A stretch of DNA of 64,000 bases. Source: an uncultured Verrucomicrobiae bacterium (GTDB lineage: Bacteria; Verrucomicrobiota; Verrucomicrobiia; Chthoniobacterales; JAFAMB01). Made by a program: the position numbers and the translations under genes. The DNA is taken from the NCBI GenBank assembly GCA_963813025.1, contig CAWEXO010000008.1:196515-260514 (forward strand), read 5' to 3'. Below, piece after piece: positions 1 to 9,900 of this stretch. How positions within the stretch are numbered: position 1 is the first letter of the stretch; each line of letters opens with the position of its first letter. Under the pieces are notes generated by a model. The model had not been told where the DNA came from. It searched no databases and saw only the letters and a list, made by a program, of their open reading frames with translations.

Positions 1-212
1 ATAATCGTCCAAAGAGCGAAAATAACGGCATGGATGTAGACAAAGGGCATGCTGCCGGCAAAGCGAGTAATCGCGTCAGCGGCCTTTTGCTCTAAGCTGG
101 ATCCCTGCTCTTCCTGACGCCGTTTTTCGAGCAGCTTTTTAATATTTCGCACCAACACTTCGTTCATCCCGGATTCGGAAGTCGGTGAACCGTTATCTTG
201 GATGGTCTTCAC
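1..212 (-). CDS. DUF1003 family membrane protein (N-terminal part; runs off window start)
   Basis: Manual translation, absent from the ORF track: GTG at 212 (or ATG at 167) gives ...MNEVLVRNIKKLLEKRRQEEQGSSLEQKAADAITRFAGSMPFVYIHAVIFALWTI. The 'AD.IT.FAGSM.FVY.H' motif is typical of DUF1003. Confidence 0.8.
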   Translation of the reverse strand, partial: MKTIQDNGSPTSESGMNEVLVRNIKKLLEKRRQEEQGSSLEQKAADAITRFAGSMPFVYIHAVIFALWTI

Positions 213-323
213 TTAGCTTATGCTTCGCAAGCAACGTAGGAACCGGACGGGTTCTCAAGGCAACGGCTGTCTCGGGCGCCCGAGATTTACGGTGTTCTAA
301 AGCAGAGTCAAAACGACCTTTGT

Positions 324-1430
324 TCAGCCGGCACTCTGTGGAGCGAGTTTTTGCACTTCCGGCGTATCGCCCCCCAGCCAATCCGGGTGCCTGGCTGTTG
401 TATCGAAATGGGAAGTGGTTTTGAAAAGTTCGTATTTGCCAGCGGCTCCGCTGGCCTTGGTTTCAGCTAATAGGGAAGCCACTTCGTCTTCGTCCATGGG
501 ACGAAAACTCTTCGCTGCCTGAAAAGCCTGATCGAGCACCGCCTGTTTGTCGATCCCGGTGATAACGACCGACGTCGGCAAATTTAGCGAATAATGCAGG
601 CACTTGATCGGGTCCAGCGCTCCACTTTTCAAAATAACGCCATCGGCGCCTCCGAAAGTTTTCATGCCGAGAACTCCAACGCCTTCCTGAACCGCTTGAG
701 GCACGACAAGATGAGCAAAGCTGCGGAAATGCGCATCCATGACGTTCAGTGGCATCTGAACCGTATCAAAATGAAAGCCATGCCGGGCGGCGACAGCCAG
801 CATGTAAAGATGGATTCTCGGATCCTTATGCCCAGTAAACCCAATAAACCGCACTTTTCCGGCTTTCTTGGCTGCCAGAAATGCTCCCATCGCGCCGTCC
901 TCCGCAAAAATTCGGTCCGGATCGTCGAACCGCAGAATCTCATGGTGCTGAAGAAGATCGACACGATCGGTCTTTAAACGTTCGAGCGAGGTTTCAATCT
1001 GGCGGGTAGCATTATCTTTCGTCCGCCCATCAATCTTCGTCATGAGGAAGACCTTGTCACGGTAGCCGCTTTCGGAGAGCGCTTTACCCATCCGGAGCTC
1101 GCTTTGCCCCTCATTATAATCCCAGGAGTTGTCCATGAAGGTGATCCCGCGATCAATCGCTTCGTGAATCAATCGGATCGATTCGGACTCAGGCACAGCG
1201 GGCTTGCCGATGTGTGAGCCGCCCAAGCCAATCGCGGAAACCCGTTCACCGGTCTTTCCCAAAATCCGGTAAAGCATCTCGCCCCGTAATTCTCCAGGGT
1301 CCGTTACCCGGGGCAGCCTGGTCGGATTTGACTGGTTTTCGTTTTCTTCCGCCGCGTTGGAGCGAAGCACGCCAGTGGATCCGGCCAACCCAAGTGCGGA
1401 AGCTATTTTGATAAAGTCGCGTCTATCCAT
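324..1430 (-). CDS. Aldo/keto reductase with twin-arginine (Tat) signal
   Basis: N-terminal MDRRDFIK; AKR motifs LGKTGERVSAIGLG, DNSWDY, FLMTK, SLERLKTDRVDLLQHH, GKVRFIG. Confidence 0.92.
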   Translation of the reverse strand: MDRRDFIKIASALGLAGSTGVLRSNAAEENENQSNPTRLPRVTDPGELRGEMLYRILGKTGERVSAIGLGGSHIGKPAVPESESIRLIHEAIDRGITFMDNSWDYNEGQSELRMGKALSESGYRDKVFLMTKIDGRTKDNATRQIETSLERLKTDRVDLLQHHEILRFDDPDRIFAEDGAMGAFLAAKKAGKVRFIGFTGHKDPRIHLYMLAVAARHGFHFDTVQMPLNVMDAHFRSFAHLVVPQAVQEGVGVLGMKTFGGADGVILKSGALDPIKCLHYSLNLPTSVVITGIDKQAVLDQAFQAAKSFRPMDEDEVASLLAETKASGAAGKYELFKTTSHFDTTARHPDWLGGDTPEVQKLAPQSAG

Positions 1431-1739
1431 GACTTATTGTCCTTTATGACCAACAGGATCGCGCCGCGCCGGTGAAACGGACTTCTCGGTTCTGCCAGCT
1501 TTGCCCGGTCGCTTGCCAACCTTTGCGAAGGAAGGCGTGCCACTCAATGGCCAGCGACGACTCTACCATGTCACGGGGAAATTTACGAGTCACCGGAGGT
1601 CAGATGCCTAGGTCGCGCCGGCCCATTTTCGACGCAAGGATGGCACCCGCATATGAGAGACGGTGCACTAGCACGAGACAATCTTCGGCGCGGTCAGTCG
1701 ATGCACGCTATAGTCGGGGCAACCGCGAACAGAGTGATT

Positions 1740-2912
1740 ATGAAAGCTCTTTGCTGGTACGGAAAAGAGGATGTTCGGGTCGAAACAGTGGAGGATCCGA
1801 AAATCGCACACCCGACCGACGCAATCGTAAGAATCACCGCGACTGCCATCTGTGGATCTGATCTCCATCTCTACGACGGGTTAATGCCCACGATGGAAAA
1901 AGGCGACATCCTTGGCCACGAACCGATGGGTGAGGTCGTCGAGGTCGGCGCGGAAGTAAAAAAAATCAAGGTGGGCGACCGCGTGGTTGTTCCATTCACG
2001 ATCTCCTGCGGGTCCTGCTGGTACTGTAAGCGCGGTCTCTTTTCGCTTTGCGACAATAGCAACCCAAATGCGGAGATGGCCAAAAAGGCGATGGGTCAGT
2101 CTCCCGCCGGTCTATTCGGTTATTCCCATATGCTGGGCGGGTACCCGGGTGGGCAAGCCGAATATCTGCGCGTGCCTTTTGCGGACGTCGGTCCCCTCAA
2201 AATTCCGGACGGATTGAGTGATGAACAGGTTCTTTTTTTATCCGACATTTTTCCGACGGGATATATGGCGGCCGAGAACGCCCAGATTGAACCAGGCGAT
2301 ACCGTTGCGGTGTGGGGATGCGGACCGGTTGCCCAGTTCGCGATCAAAAGCGCCTGGATGTTCGGAGCGGGCCGGGTGATTGCCATTGATCGAGTACCGG
2401 AACGGTTGCAGATGGCTTCAGAACAGGGCAAAGCGGAAATAATCAATTTCGAAAACGAAAATGTCCAGGAGCGTTTGATGGAAATGACGTCGGGACGGGG
2501 ACCGGATCGTTGTATTGATGCGGTTGGCGCCGAAGCACACAGCAGTTCTGGGTTATCGGCAGTCGTCGACAAGGCGAAAGAGGTGGTTGCTCTTGGAGCC
2601 GACCGTCCGCATGCGCTTCGCGAAGCGATCCTGAGCTGCCGCAAAGGCGGCACGGTTTCAGTGCCGGGCGTGTATGTCGGTTTTCCCAGTCACCTGCCAT
2701 TTGGCGCGGCCATGAACAAGGGATTGACCATCAAGATGGGCCAAACACACGTCCAGAGGTACACTGAACCCCTGCTGCAGAAGATCGTGTCCGGTGAGAT
2801 CGATCCTTCTTTCGTTATCACCCACCGGGTCGAGCTCGAGGCCGCTCCAAAAATGTACAAAACATTTCGCGACAAGGAGGATGGCTGCATCAAGGTCGTA
2901 CTGAAACCCTGA
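1740..2912 (+). CDS. Zn-dependent (glutathione-dependent formaldehyde dehydrogenase-like) alcohol dehydrogenase
   Basis: MKALCWYG start, ICGSDLH, GHEPMG, structural Zn CGSCWYC...C, VWGCGPV Rossmann motif. Confidence 0.93.
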   Translation: MKALCWYGKEDVRVETVEDPKIAHPTDAIVRITATAICGSDLHLYDGLMPTMEKGDILGHEPMGEVVEVGAEVKKIKVGDRVVVPFTISCGSCWYCKRGLFSLCDNSNPNAEMAKKAMGQSPAGLFGYSHMLGGYPGGQAEYLRVPFADVGPLKIPDGLSDEQVLFLSDIFPTGYMAAENAQIEPGDTVAVWGCGPVAQFAIKSAWMFGAGRVIAIDRVPERLQMASEQGKAEIINFENENVQERLMEMTSGRGPDRCIDAVGAEAHSSSGLSAVVDKAKEVVALGADRPHALREAILSCRKGGTVSVPGVYVGFPSHLPFGAAMNKGLTIKMGQTHVQRYTEPLLQKIVSGEIDPSFVITHRVELEAAPKMYKTFRDKEDGCIKVVLKP

Positions 2913-2913
2913 T

Positions 2914-3095
2914 CTACTTGATGGCCGTCACGTTGATGGCCGATTTGGCCAATTGCGTCAGCTTCTTGTCTGTTTCTTCTTCCTCACGCGAGGTCTGTTG
3001 GAGCAGCAGGGCGCCTTCTGTGTCCCCGAGCAATTCCGCGTACGTGCGGGCGCTTCCGTATCCGGCCATCTCGGTTCTTTCGGCAAATGAGATTT
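2914..3095 (-). pseudogene. C-terminal remnant of a YciF/DUF892 ferritin-like protein
   Basis: TEMAGYGSARTYAELLGDTEGALLLQQTSREEEETDKKLTQLAKSAIN matches the YciF C-terminal helices (E(I/M)AGYG...EE..TD.KLT.LA). No recognisable N-terminal half in frame. Confidence 0.75.
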
Positions 3096-3545
3096 GTGGA
3101 AGCTTGTAAATGGAATTAAACAAATTCACTCTGTTCCGCGGATGAGGACAGAATGACCGCAGGGACTGATACTCCGGTAGACTTCCTGGCTCGCCGCGAG
3201 CAATAGCCAGCCTCGACAGCGAGCGTTTTTTGGCTTGGAACAAGAGTGGACCAACTCAAAGAGGTGTGCGATTCGCTGACGAAGCTGACTGATTACCAGC
3301 GTCCGGCCGGCTAGGAAGCTGATCGGATCCCGGTCCCGCGTTGCGATTCCCAGATCCCGGGGCCTCGGTCGACCTCCAGTCTTCCAGGATTTCGCTGCGT
3401 TTGCTCGCTCATACAACAGATCGACGTCGCACCCTGAGCCGGATGTACTTTGTCCCATCCCATTTCTTCGGAAGAAAGCTGGTTTGAACGTTGCAAGTCG
3501 CATTCCGCTCCATATAGATTAGTTTACGCATGCCAAGCCTCTTTT

Positions 3546-4145
3546 ATGGACGAGGAGAACGATTCGAAAGTCATTTGTTCGGTACTCGATCAGTTTTGCG
3601 TTCCGGCGGCTTTGGTCGACCAGACTGAGAACTGCTTTCTCGCCTACAACCAAAGTTTTCAGGATGCGGTGGATCCCGAAGGTCGTCTTCTAAAGACCAA
3701 GCTGCCCAACGATTTGATCACTCTTCTGAAACCCGGCACCCCCAAGGACATTACCGAGGCCGTCCATCCCTCCCGGTCTCAGGCGTGCCGGGTTGGAACG
3801 ACCGATCCGACCCAAGTTCGCACCGGACAATGCTTTCTGCGGGAAGACAACAAGTCCTTGCTGATTCTGGATACTCCGGATGAAGAGGATGGCCAAAAAG
3901 AGCGCGCCACCGGCAAACTCATCGGCCGGCTGATGGAGAAGGCGCGAGTCCGACGACTTTTTCATGATGCGATCAGCCCGGAAATTCTGGGCGCCGCTTT
4001 CGTGGCGGAAGCGCTCACCTGCCGCTTAGACTCCACGGGTAACGCTCGGGCGATCGAAGTGAAGGCTCTCTCCCGGCAACTCAGCGAGCTCATCGCCAAT
4101 CTGCATTCGGCAATCAACGAAGATGACGCCTCGACCAAGCGATAA
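3546..4145 (+). CDS. PAS-like + HisKA_3 (DHp) protein lacking an HATPase domain
   Basis: PAS-like start (LDQFCVPAALVD...FLAYNQSF), then EKARVRRLFHDAISPEI resembling the ER.RIARxLHD H-box. The protein ends about 60 aa later and overlaps the NarL regulator. Confidence 0.6.
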   Translation: MDEENDSKVICSVLDQFCVPAALVDQTENCFLAYNQSFQDAVDPEGRLLKTKLPNDLITLLKPGTPKDITEAVHPSRSQACRVGTTDPTQVRTGQCFLREDNKSLLILDTPDEEDGQKERATGKLIGRLMEKARVRRLFHDAISPEILGAAFVAEALTCRLDSTGNARAIEVKALSRQLSELIANLHSAINEDDASTKR

Positions 4146-4818
4146 GGCGGCTGCCCGGACTGAGGCTACAACCCGCATCCTGGTTGTTGATGATCATCCC
4201 GTGGTGATTCGCGGTCTCGAAGACTTAATCTCGAAGGAGCCGGATTTGGTGGTATGCGGTTATGCGGATTCAGCCCCCCTCGCTCTGGAACGACTTCGCT
4301 CTTTGCATCCGGACCTGGCGATCGTCGATATCACCTTACGGGGCACCAGCGGGATCGAACTGGTGAAACTGATGAAAGCCGAGAGACCCAAACTTCCGAT
4401 CTTGGTACTCTCGATGCACGACGAATCGTTATATGCTCTCCGGGCCCTCAAAGCCGGAGCGCTCGGCTACCTGATGAAGGCCGAGGCTGTTCAGCACGTC
4501 ATCTCCGGTATTCGCCGCGTGTTGGAAGGGCGAATTTTCGTTAGCCCGCGCTTCAGCGAACAGCTGATCTACAAAGCGGTCCAGTCGATCGAGTCGGGAT
4601 CAAGCTCTCCGATCGACGCGTTGTCGGACCGCGAACTGGAAGTTCTTGAACTTCTCGGAAAGGCGCATAATACCCGCTCAATCGCAAAGATGCTGAACCT
4701 GAGCGTCAAAACCATCGAGACGCACCGCGCCCATATCAAGGAGAAGCTCGGTTTTAAGGACGCGACCGAAATGGTCCGTTTCGCGATTGACTGGGTTGCC
4801 CAGCAGGATCTCAACTGA
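4123..4818 (+). CDS. NarL/LuxR-family response regulator
   Basis: RILVVDDHP, DITL, LSMHDE, LSDRELEVL...SVKTIETHRAHIKEKL. Confidence 0.95.
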   Translation: MTPRPSDKAAARTEATTRILVVDDHPVVIRGLEDLISKEPDLVVCGYADSAPLALERLRSLHPDLAIVDITLRGTSGIELVKLMKAERPKLPILVLSMHDESLYALRALKAGALGYLMKAEAVQHVISGIRRVLEGRIFVSPRFSEQLIYKAVQSIESGSSSPIDALSDRELEVLELLGKAHNTRSIAKMLNLSVKTIETHRAHIKEKLGFKDATEMVRFAIDWVAQQDLN

Positions 4819-4920
4819 ACTCGGATCGTGCGTCCGGCCGCGAGTTCGTCTGTAACGAGCGCCTCGGAATATTCTTGGGCTCTGTGCTGGTTGGACGATC
4901 CGCCTTGCCGGACGAGTGTC

Positions 4921-5077
4921 AGCGAGAACTTGTTTGACGTGTCCGCCATAGCCTCGGCGAAGGCGGAGCGTTTTGGAGGTGTGGCACATCCCTTATGTTC
5001 GGCTCAAACGAGTCCTCGCTAAGGCTTCTCCTCCGCTAAAGCTTCGGCGAAGACGTCGGATAAATTTTCGCCCTACC
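4921..5077. repeat. GTAG-type REP/MITE-like palindrome, family A, degenerate copy with nested hairpin
   Basis: Contains GCGAGAACTTGTTTGA...GGCTCAAACGAGTCCTCGC and ends in AATTTTCGCCCTACC, as do the copies at 54816 and 57681. Nested TCCGCCATAGCCTCGGCGAAGGCGGA at 4942-4967. Confidence 0.7.
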
Positions 5078-5098
5078 GGAGCAGGGCCGAGGCCAAGG

Positions 5099-5686
5099 CT
5101 AGATCTTATCCTGCACCGGTGCCAACTGGTGCAGCAGCTTTTTTTGGGCCAGCTGCAGGCGGGTCTTCACGGTACCCAGCGCAATCGACTTTTGAGCCGC
5201 AATTTCGCGCTGGCTCATTCCCTGAAAGAACGTGAGATGCACCACTTCTTGCTGCGGAACTGGCAACTGCCGGATCATCCCCTTCAAAAGATCCGACAGA
5301 TCGGTATAGACCGGTTCTTTTTCGGGAGTTCGCAGCCCGTCCCGAAAACCTGCCTTGACCTCCGATTCAAAACGATCGGTCACCCGCCGGTAGGCGAGTC
5401 GTCTCCGCAATCGATCCAGTGCGCGCCGCCGAGCCATGGTCGCGAGGAAACCATGCAGACCTTTCTCCGGTTGGAACCGATGGGCGTTGTCCCAGAGTTG
5501 CAGAAAAACGTCAAGAAGCACGTCATCCGCGTCGCTTTCTTCGTGCAGAACGCTCAGGATTACCGTGCGCAGCGTAGACTCATACCGGCGATAGATTTCC
5601 TCCATCGCCACAGGATCCTTCTGGACCAATGCATCCATGAGTTCTACATCCGATTTGGTTGCCGCGGGCTCAGTAGTTGTATCCAT
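5099..5686 (-). CDS. ECF-family RNA polymerase sigma-70 factor
   Basis: Region 2 DADDVLLDVFLQLW...MARRRALDRLRRR; region 4 GMSQREIA...LGTVKTRL. Confidence 0.92.
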   Translation of the reverse strand: MDTTTEPAATKSDVELMDALVQKDPVAMEEIYRRYESTLRTVILSVLHEESDADDVLLDVFLQLWDNAHRFQPEKGLHGFLATMARRRALDRLRRRLAYRRVTDRFESEVKAGFRDGLRTPEKEPVYTDLSDLLKGMIRQLPVPQQEVVHLTFFQGMSQREIAAQKSIALGTVKTRLQLAQKKLLHQLAPVQDKI

Positions 5687-5969
5687 GGGTCGGTCTGGTG
5701 GCGTTAGATTGAAAAAAACCTACCCGACAGCCCGGGACACGGAAATCGGGGAAGCCCATGGTGCACGCCTAAGGCGATGGGGAAAGCATCTCTCAGGTAT
5801 TTGCGGGGGACCGGCTCAGCAAGAAGACTAACTGACTAATGACCGATGAATAACTTACGAATGAGTAGGCCTAGTGAGCTATCGGCCATCTTTCATCGGT
5901 CATCGCTCATCGAACATCGCCGCCAGACAACCGAGGGGAAGACCGCGCGCGAACTGAGCTAAGTCGAAA

Positions 5970-6122
5970 ATGGGTACTATTCTTATCATTATTCTGATCT
6001 TGCTAGTGATCGGCGCCCTCCCGAGCTGGCCTTACAGCTCGGGGTGGGGCTATTATCCGACCGGCGGCCTAGGCATAATTCTCCTCATTGTCCTCATTCT
6101 TGTCTTGATGCACCGAGCATAA
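5970..6122 (+). CDS. DUF3309 family small membrane protein (50 aa)
   Basis: Manual translation MGTILIIILILLVIGALPSWPYSSGWGYYPTGGLGIILLIVLILVLMHRA; GALP.WPYS..WGY.P.GG is the DUF3309 signature. Confidence 0.9.
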   Translation: MGTILIIILILLVIGALPSWPYSSGWGYYPTGGLGIILLIVLILVLMHRA

Positions 6123-6165
6123 CTATTCAGTATCGTTCAATCTTAAACCCCGGCACTTTACTCCT

Positions 6166-6309
6166 ATGCTTTGGACGATCGTTGTTATTCTCGTTGTTCT
6201 CTGGCTGCTCGGTTTTGCCACTCATGTGGCCGGCGGCTTAATTCATCTACTTCTGGTTATCGCGATCATAATCGTCATTGTCCGGCTCCTCCGAGGCGGT
6301 GCGGCGTGA
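6166..6309 (+). CDS. lmo0937/DUF5670 family small membrane protein (47 aa)
   Basis: Manual translation MLWTIVVILVVLWLLGFATHVAGGLIHLLLVIAIIIVIVRLLRGGAA. Confidence 0.88.
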   Translation: MLWTIVVILVVLWLLGFATHVAGGLIHLLLVIAIIIVIVRLLRGGAA

Positions 6310-6342
6310 CGGTCGGCAGGGCGGGACTTGTCGGGCTCCCAA

Positions 6343-6786
6343 TCAGCTCTGGTTCTCCCGGTCGAGGAGTTTTTTCATGCGATCGCTCAAGTAAACGTTT
6401 CCCGCCAGTAATTCCCGAATCGCCACGAAGATTTTGTCGACAGCGTCCTGTTTCGTGAGGTAACCCCGCGCTCCGGCCTGTAACGCTCGGCTCGCAAAGT
6501 ACGCTTCATCATAGATTGAGAGGATCAGGATCGGCAGGCCGGGCACTATCTGCGACAACCGTGGAATCAGGTCCAGACCACTCTCGTTTTTCAGCGAAAT
6601 GTCAACGACGGCGAGCTCCGGTTCCGTGCTTTCAGCGCTCGTCAGAGCATCCGAGATGTTGGCCGCTTCTCCGCAAACCGACAGATCAGGTGTTTGATTG
6701 ATCAACTGCGCTATTCCCTGTCGCAGAACCGGGTGATCATCAACAATCAGGATCCGATGCTTCACCGCTTCGTTAGACGAACTCAT
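6343..6786 (-). CDS. NarL-type receiver-only response regulator (no HTH)
   Basis: RILIVDDHP, DISL, LSIYDE, GYLTK; stops after YLSDRMKK with no LuxR HTH before the convergent microprotein gene. Confidence 0.85.
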   Translation of the reverse strand: MSSSNEAVKHRILIVDDHPVLRQGIAQLINQTPDLSVCGEAANISDALTSAESTEPELAVVDISLKNESGLDLIPRLSQIVPGLPILILSIYDEAYFASRALQAGARGYLTKQDAVDKIFVAIRELLAGNVYLSDRMKKLLDRENQS

Positions 6787-6986
6787 GTCAACACAAGAAT
6801 CGACAACCTCTCTGCCAATCATCTGTTGAAAAAATCTGGGGTTTGTCCCGCCAAGCCACGCACTTTCTTTTGCGGAGCTGCGCCGGTAAAATCGAGCAGG
6901 ACCTAGTGTGCCGCTTCTACCGCCGACCTACCCACCCTAGGTATTCGCGGGAGCATGGGTCTATGGACTTTGGGAGCTTCTCAACT

Positions 6987-9900
6987 TTAGAAGCTGCCCG
7001 AATCTTCTTTCTCTGCCGGCAACGTGACTGTGATAGTGGTGCCGCCCGATCCTGACTCGATCCGCAGATTTCCCCTGATCGCGTCGGCGCGATACCGCAT
7101 GATTTGCAGACCCATACCGCCGGTCTCGCTTCCGCGCCGAGGAATGTTTTCCATACCCTTGCCGTCGTCATGGATGGCTAAAAGGGTGGTGCCCGTCTCG
7201 CGTTCAAATCGATAATCGATCGCAAGATGAGTCGCTTTTCCGTGCTTCAGGGCATTGTTAATTGCTTCCTGGGCGATTCGATAGAGATGAGTGGCCTCCT
7301 GCTTATCTTTCGGTTCCCGGAACGGCTCAAAGGCGTGAAACGCGCAAGCAATTTTAAACAGGTTTTCCACATTGCTGGTCATGGTTTGCATCGCTGTCTT
7401 GAAATTGGCCGGCTCGAGCTGCATTGGATGCAGACCGTGGGCGAGATCATGCATAATCCCGATCGCCTTGTTGACCTGTAACAGGAGCGTTTTTCCATCT
7501 TCAGCCAGCCCCGGTGTTTCCTGCGGTTTGATGCGGTTGATCAAACCTTGAGCAAGGAACCCAACCGCGGTAAGCTGTTGGCCTAGCCCGTCGTGCAGAT
7601 CTTGGGCTATTCTTTGTTGTTCCCGGTCGCTGATGGTCAGGATCTCGCGCTCGATCTGCCGCCGCTCCGTGATATCCTCCAACGTGAGCAGCACAAACGC
7701 CTTTTCTTCGTCGTCCGAGGCAATCTGGCGGGCCCTCAGGAGCAGCCTCTTTCGTCCAACCGTCGCGAACTGGCGCTCGACCGGGTAGCGATCTAGCCGA
7801 CTTCCCCGCTCCAAGACCTCGACGAGCAGGTTCTGAAGGTGCTCATCTGCCCACTCGCGACCGCCAATTGTGGCCAACGGTTTCCCCACGATAGCAGACG
7901 GTGTGAGCTGAAAAACCTCGTAAAAACCCGGGCTCGCGCTGCGGATCAGCAAACCGCCCTCCAGCACAAGAAGAGGCTCGGTCATCCCGGCCACAATCGC
8001 TTCCGCGAAATCGCGCGACCCTTTGAGTTCTTCCAGGCTCTTCCGCAAAGGATCAATATCGATCACGGTTATCACCGCACCATCGAGCTTATTATCAGGC
8101 GTGAGATAGGGCCGGATACTCAGTCGATACCAGCGGCCCTCCTGATCGCGTACATCCTGTTCCTTCGAGCCGACATTCGACAGGACATCTTCGACCATTT
8201 CTATGAGGTCGCTCGTCTTGAGGTTGGTTTTGATATCACTAAATGGCCGTCCCGCATCGGAGGGAATCAGGTTAAACAGCCGGGCCGCCGTCGAGGTGAA
8301 CCGACGAATCCGGCAATCCGCGCCCACCATGACAATGGCTAAGTTGACAGAATCTAACAGGTTGCTGAGATCGTTGTTCGCCAAGGCAAGCTCGAGATTG
8401 CCATTCTGGAGTTCCTCGTTAACCGTGATCAATTCCTCGTTGCTGCTCTGCAGCTCCTCTTTCGCTGTCTCTAGTTCTTCGTTGGTGGATTGCAGCTCTT
8501 CGTTGCTGGAAAGGATTTCTTCGTTGGCACTACGGATTTCCTCGTTGCTGTCATCCTGCTCCTCAACAATATTCTGGAGATATTGGCGGGTGGCAATCAG
8601 CTCGTGACGAAGCCGCTCAAGTTCTCCGCGCTCGTTTGTTTTGCCTTGCGTAGCCCGAGTGCGCTTACCCTCGGCTCTCACGACCGTTTCTTCCGCTTGG
8701 CGTTCCGGCGCTTCCCGCAATACAACCAAAAAATATTGTAGCTCACCCGGCGCCTGCCTGAAGGGAGTCACTTCCAGGTCAACACCAATGGTCCGGTTCT
8801 CGTCCGAGTAATAAACATTTTTTTGTAAACCACTTCCCTGTCGTCGTGCCGCCAAAACCGCCGCCCGGACATGGAGGGCCAATCCTTCTTTGAGAATTTT
8901 ATGCAGATTGAGGGATGCCTTGCCTTCGGCCGGTTGCACGAACTCGTGCCTGTGCCCAAAGAAATGAAGAACGTCCAGATCCTGCGTAACCAGCATTCCA
9001 GGGGGCACATAACGTTGCGCTAAAAGCCGGCTCGCTTCGCGCTCCAGATCGATTAAACTTTGCTCTTCTTCGCCCTCAGATCGAGCTGCCCTGGCGCTCC
9101 AGGAAATACCCTCGGGTATGCTCAACTGCGGGAATTTCATCTCCGCGAGAAGACCTGTCGACAGCCGAAGACGGCTAGTGTTGTTCTGGCGGACAAAGAC
9201 CTTCACTTTCTTATCCAGTGGAGTAAACAGATCAGTGAACTCCCCAACTGATTCCGAGTGGCCCAGGATCAAGTATCCGCCCGGACGTAGCGCGTAATGG
9301 AAAGTGGGGAAGACTTTTCTTTGCAGGTTAGGACCAAGATAGATCAACACGTTTCGACAACTGATCATGTCAAGCGGGGAAAAAGGCGGATCTTTAGCGA
9401 GGTTTTGCCGAGCAAAAACTACCATTTCCCGGATCGGTTTGCTGATCTTGTAGCTTTTTCCCGTCCTAACAAAAAAACGCCGCAGCCGTTCCGACGATAC
9501 GTCAAGCGCGATGTTCTCGATGTAAGTGCCCTCTCGCGCTCGATCGAGAGCGATTTCACTTAGATCGGTCGCAAAAATTTGCACCGGAAAATCACCGCGC
9601 CGTCTCCCAAGATATTCCGCCAGGACAATTGCGATGGAATACGGCTCTTCCCCTGTCGAACAGCCAGGAACCCAGATGCGCACCAGCTCGCTCTTGCCCC
9701 GGCCCCGGAACACTTCCGGAAAAACGTGTTTTCGAAGAAATTGAAACATCGCGGGATCACGGAAAAAACTGGTGACGTTTATAAGAATATCGTGGTGAAG
9801 CGCCAGAATTTCCGGCTGATTGTTCTGCAGAACCCGCGCATAATCGACCGTGCTATCGATTCGGAGAAGCGCCATTCGGCGCTGGACTCGGCGCAGTACA

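Noticed and set aside
3126..3503. 125-aa ORF as the missing N-terminus of YciF
   Set aside because: Resemblance is too weak to support by eye.
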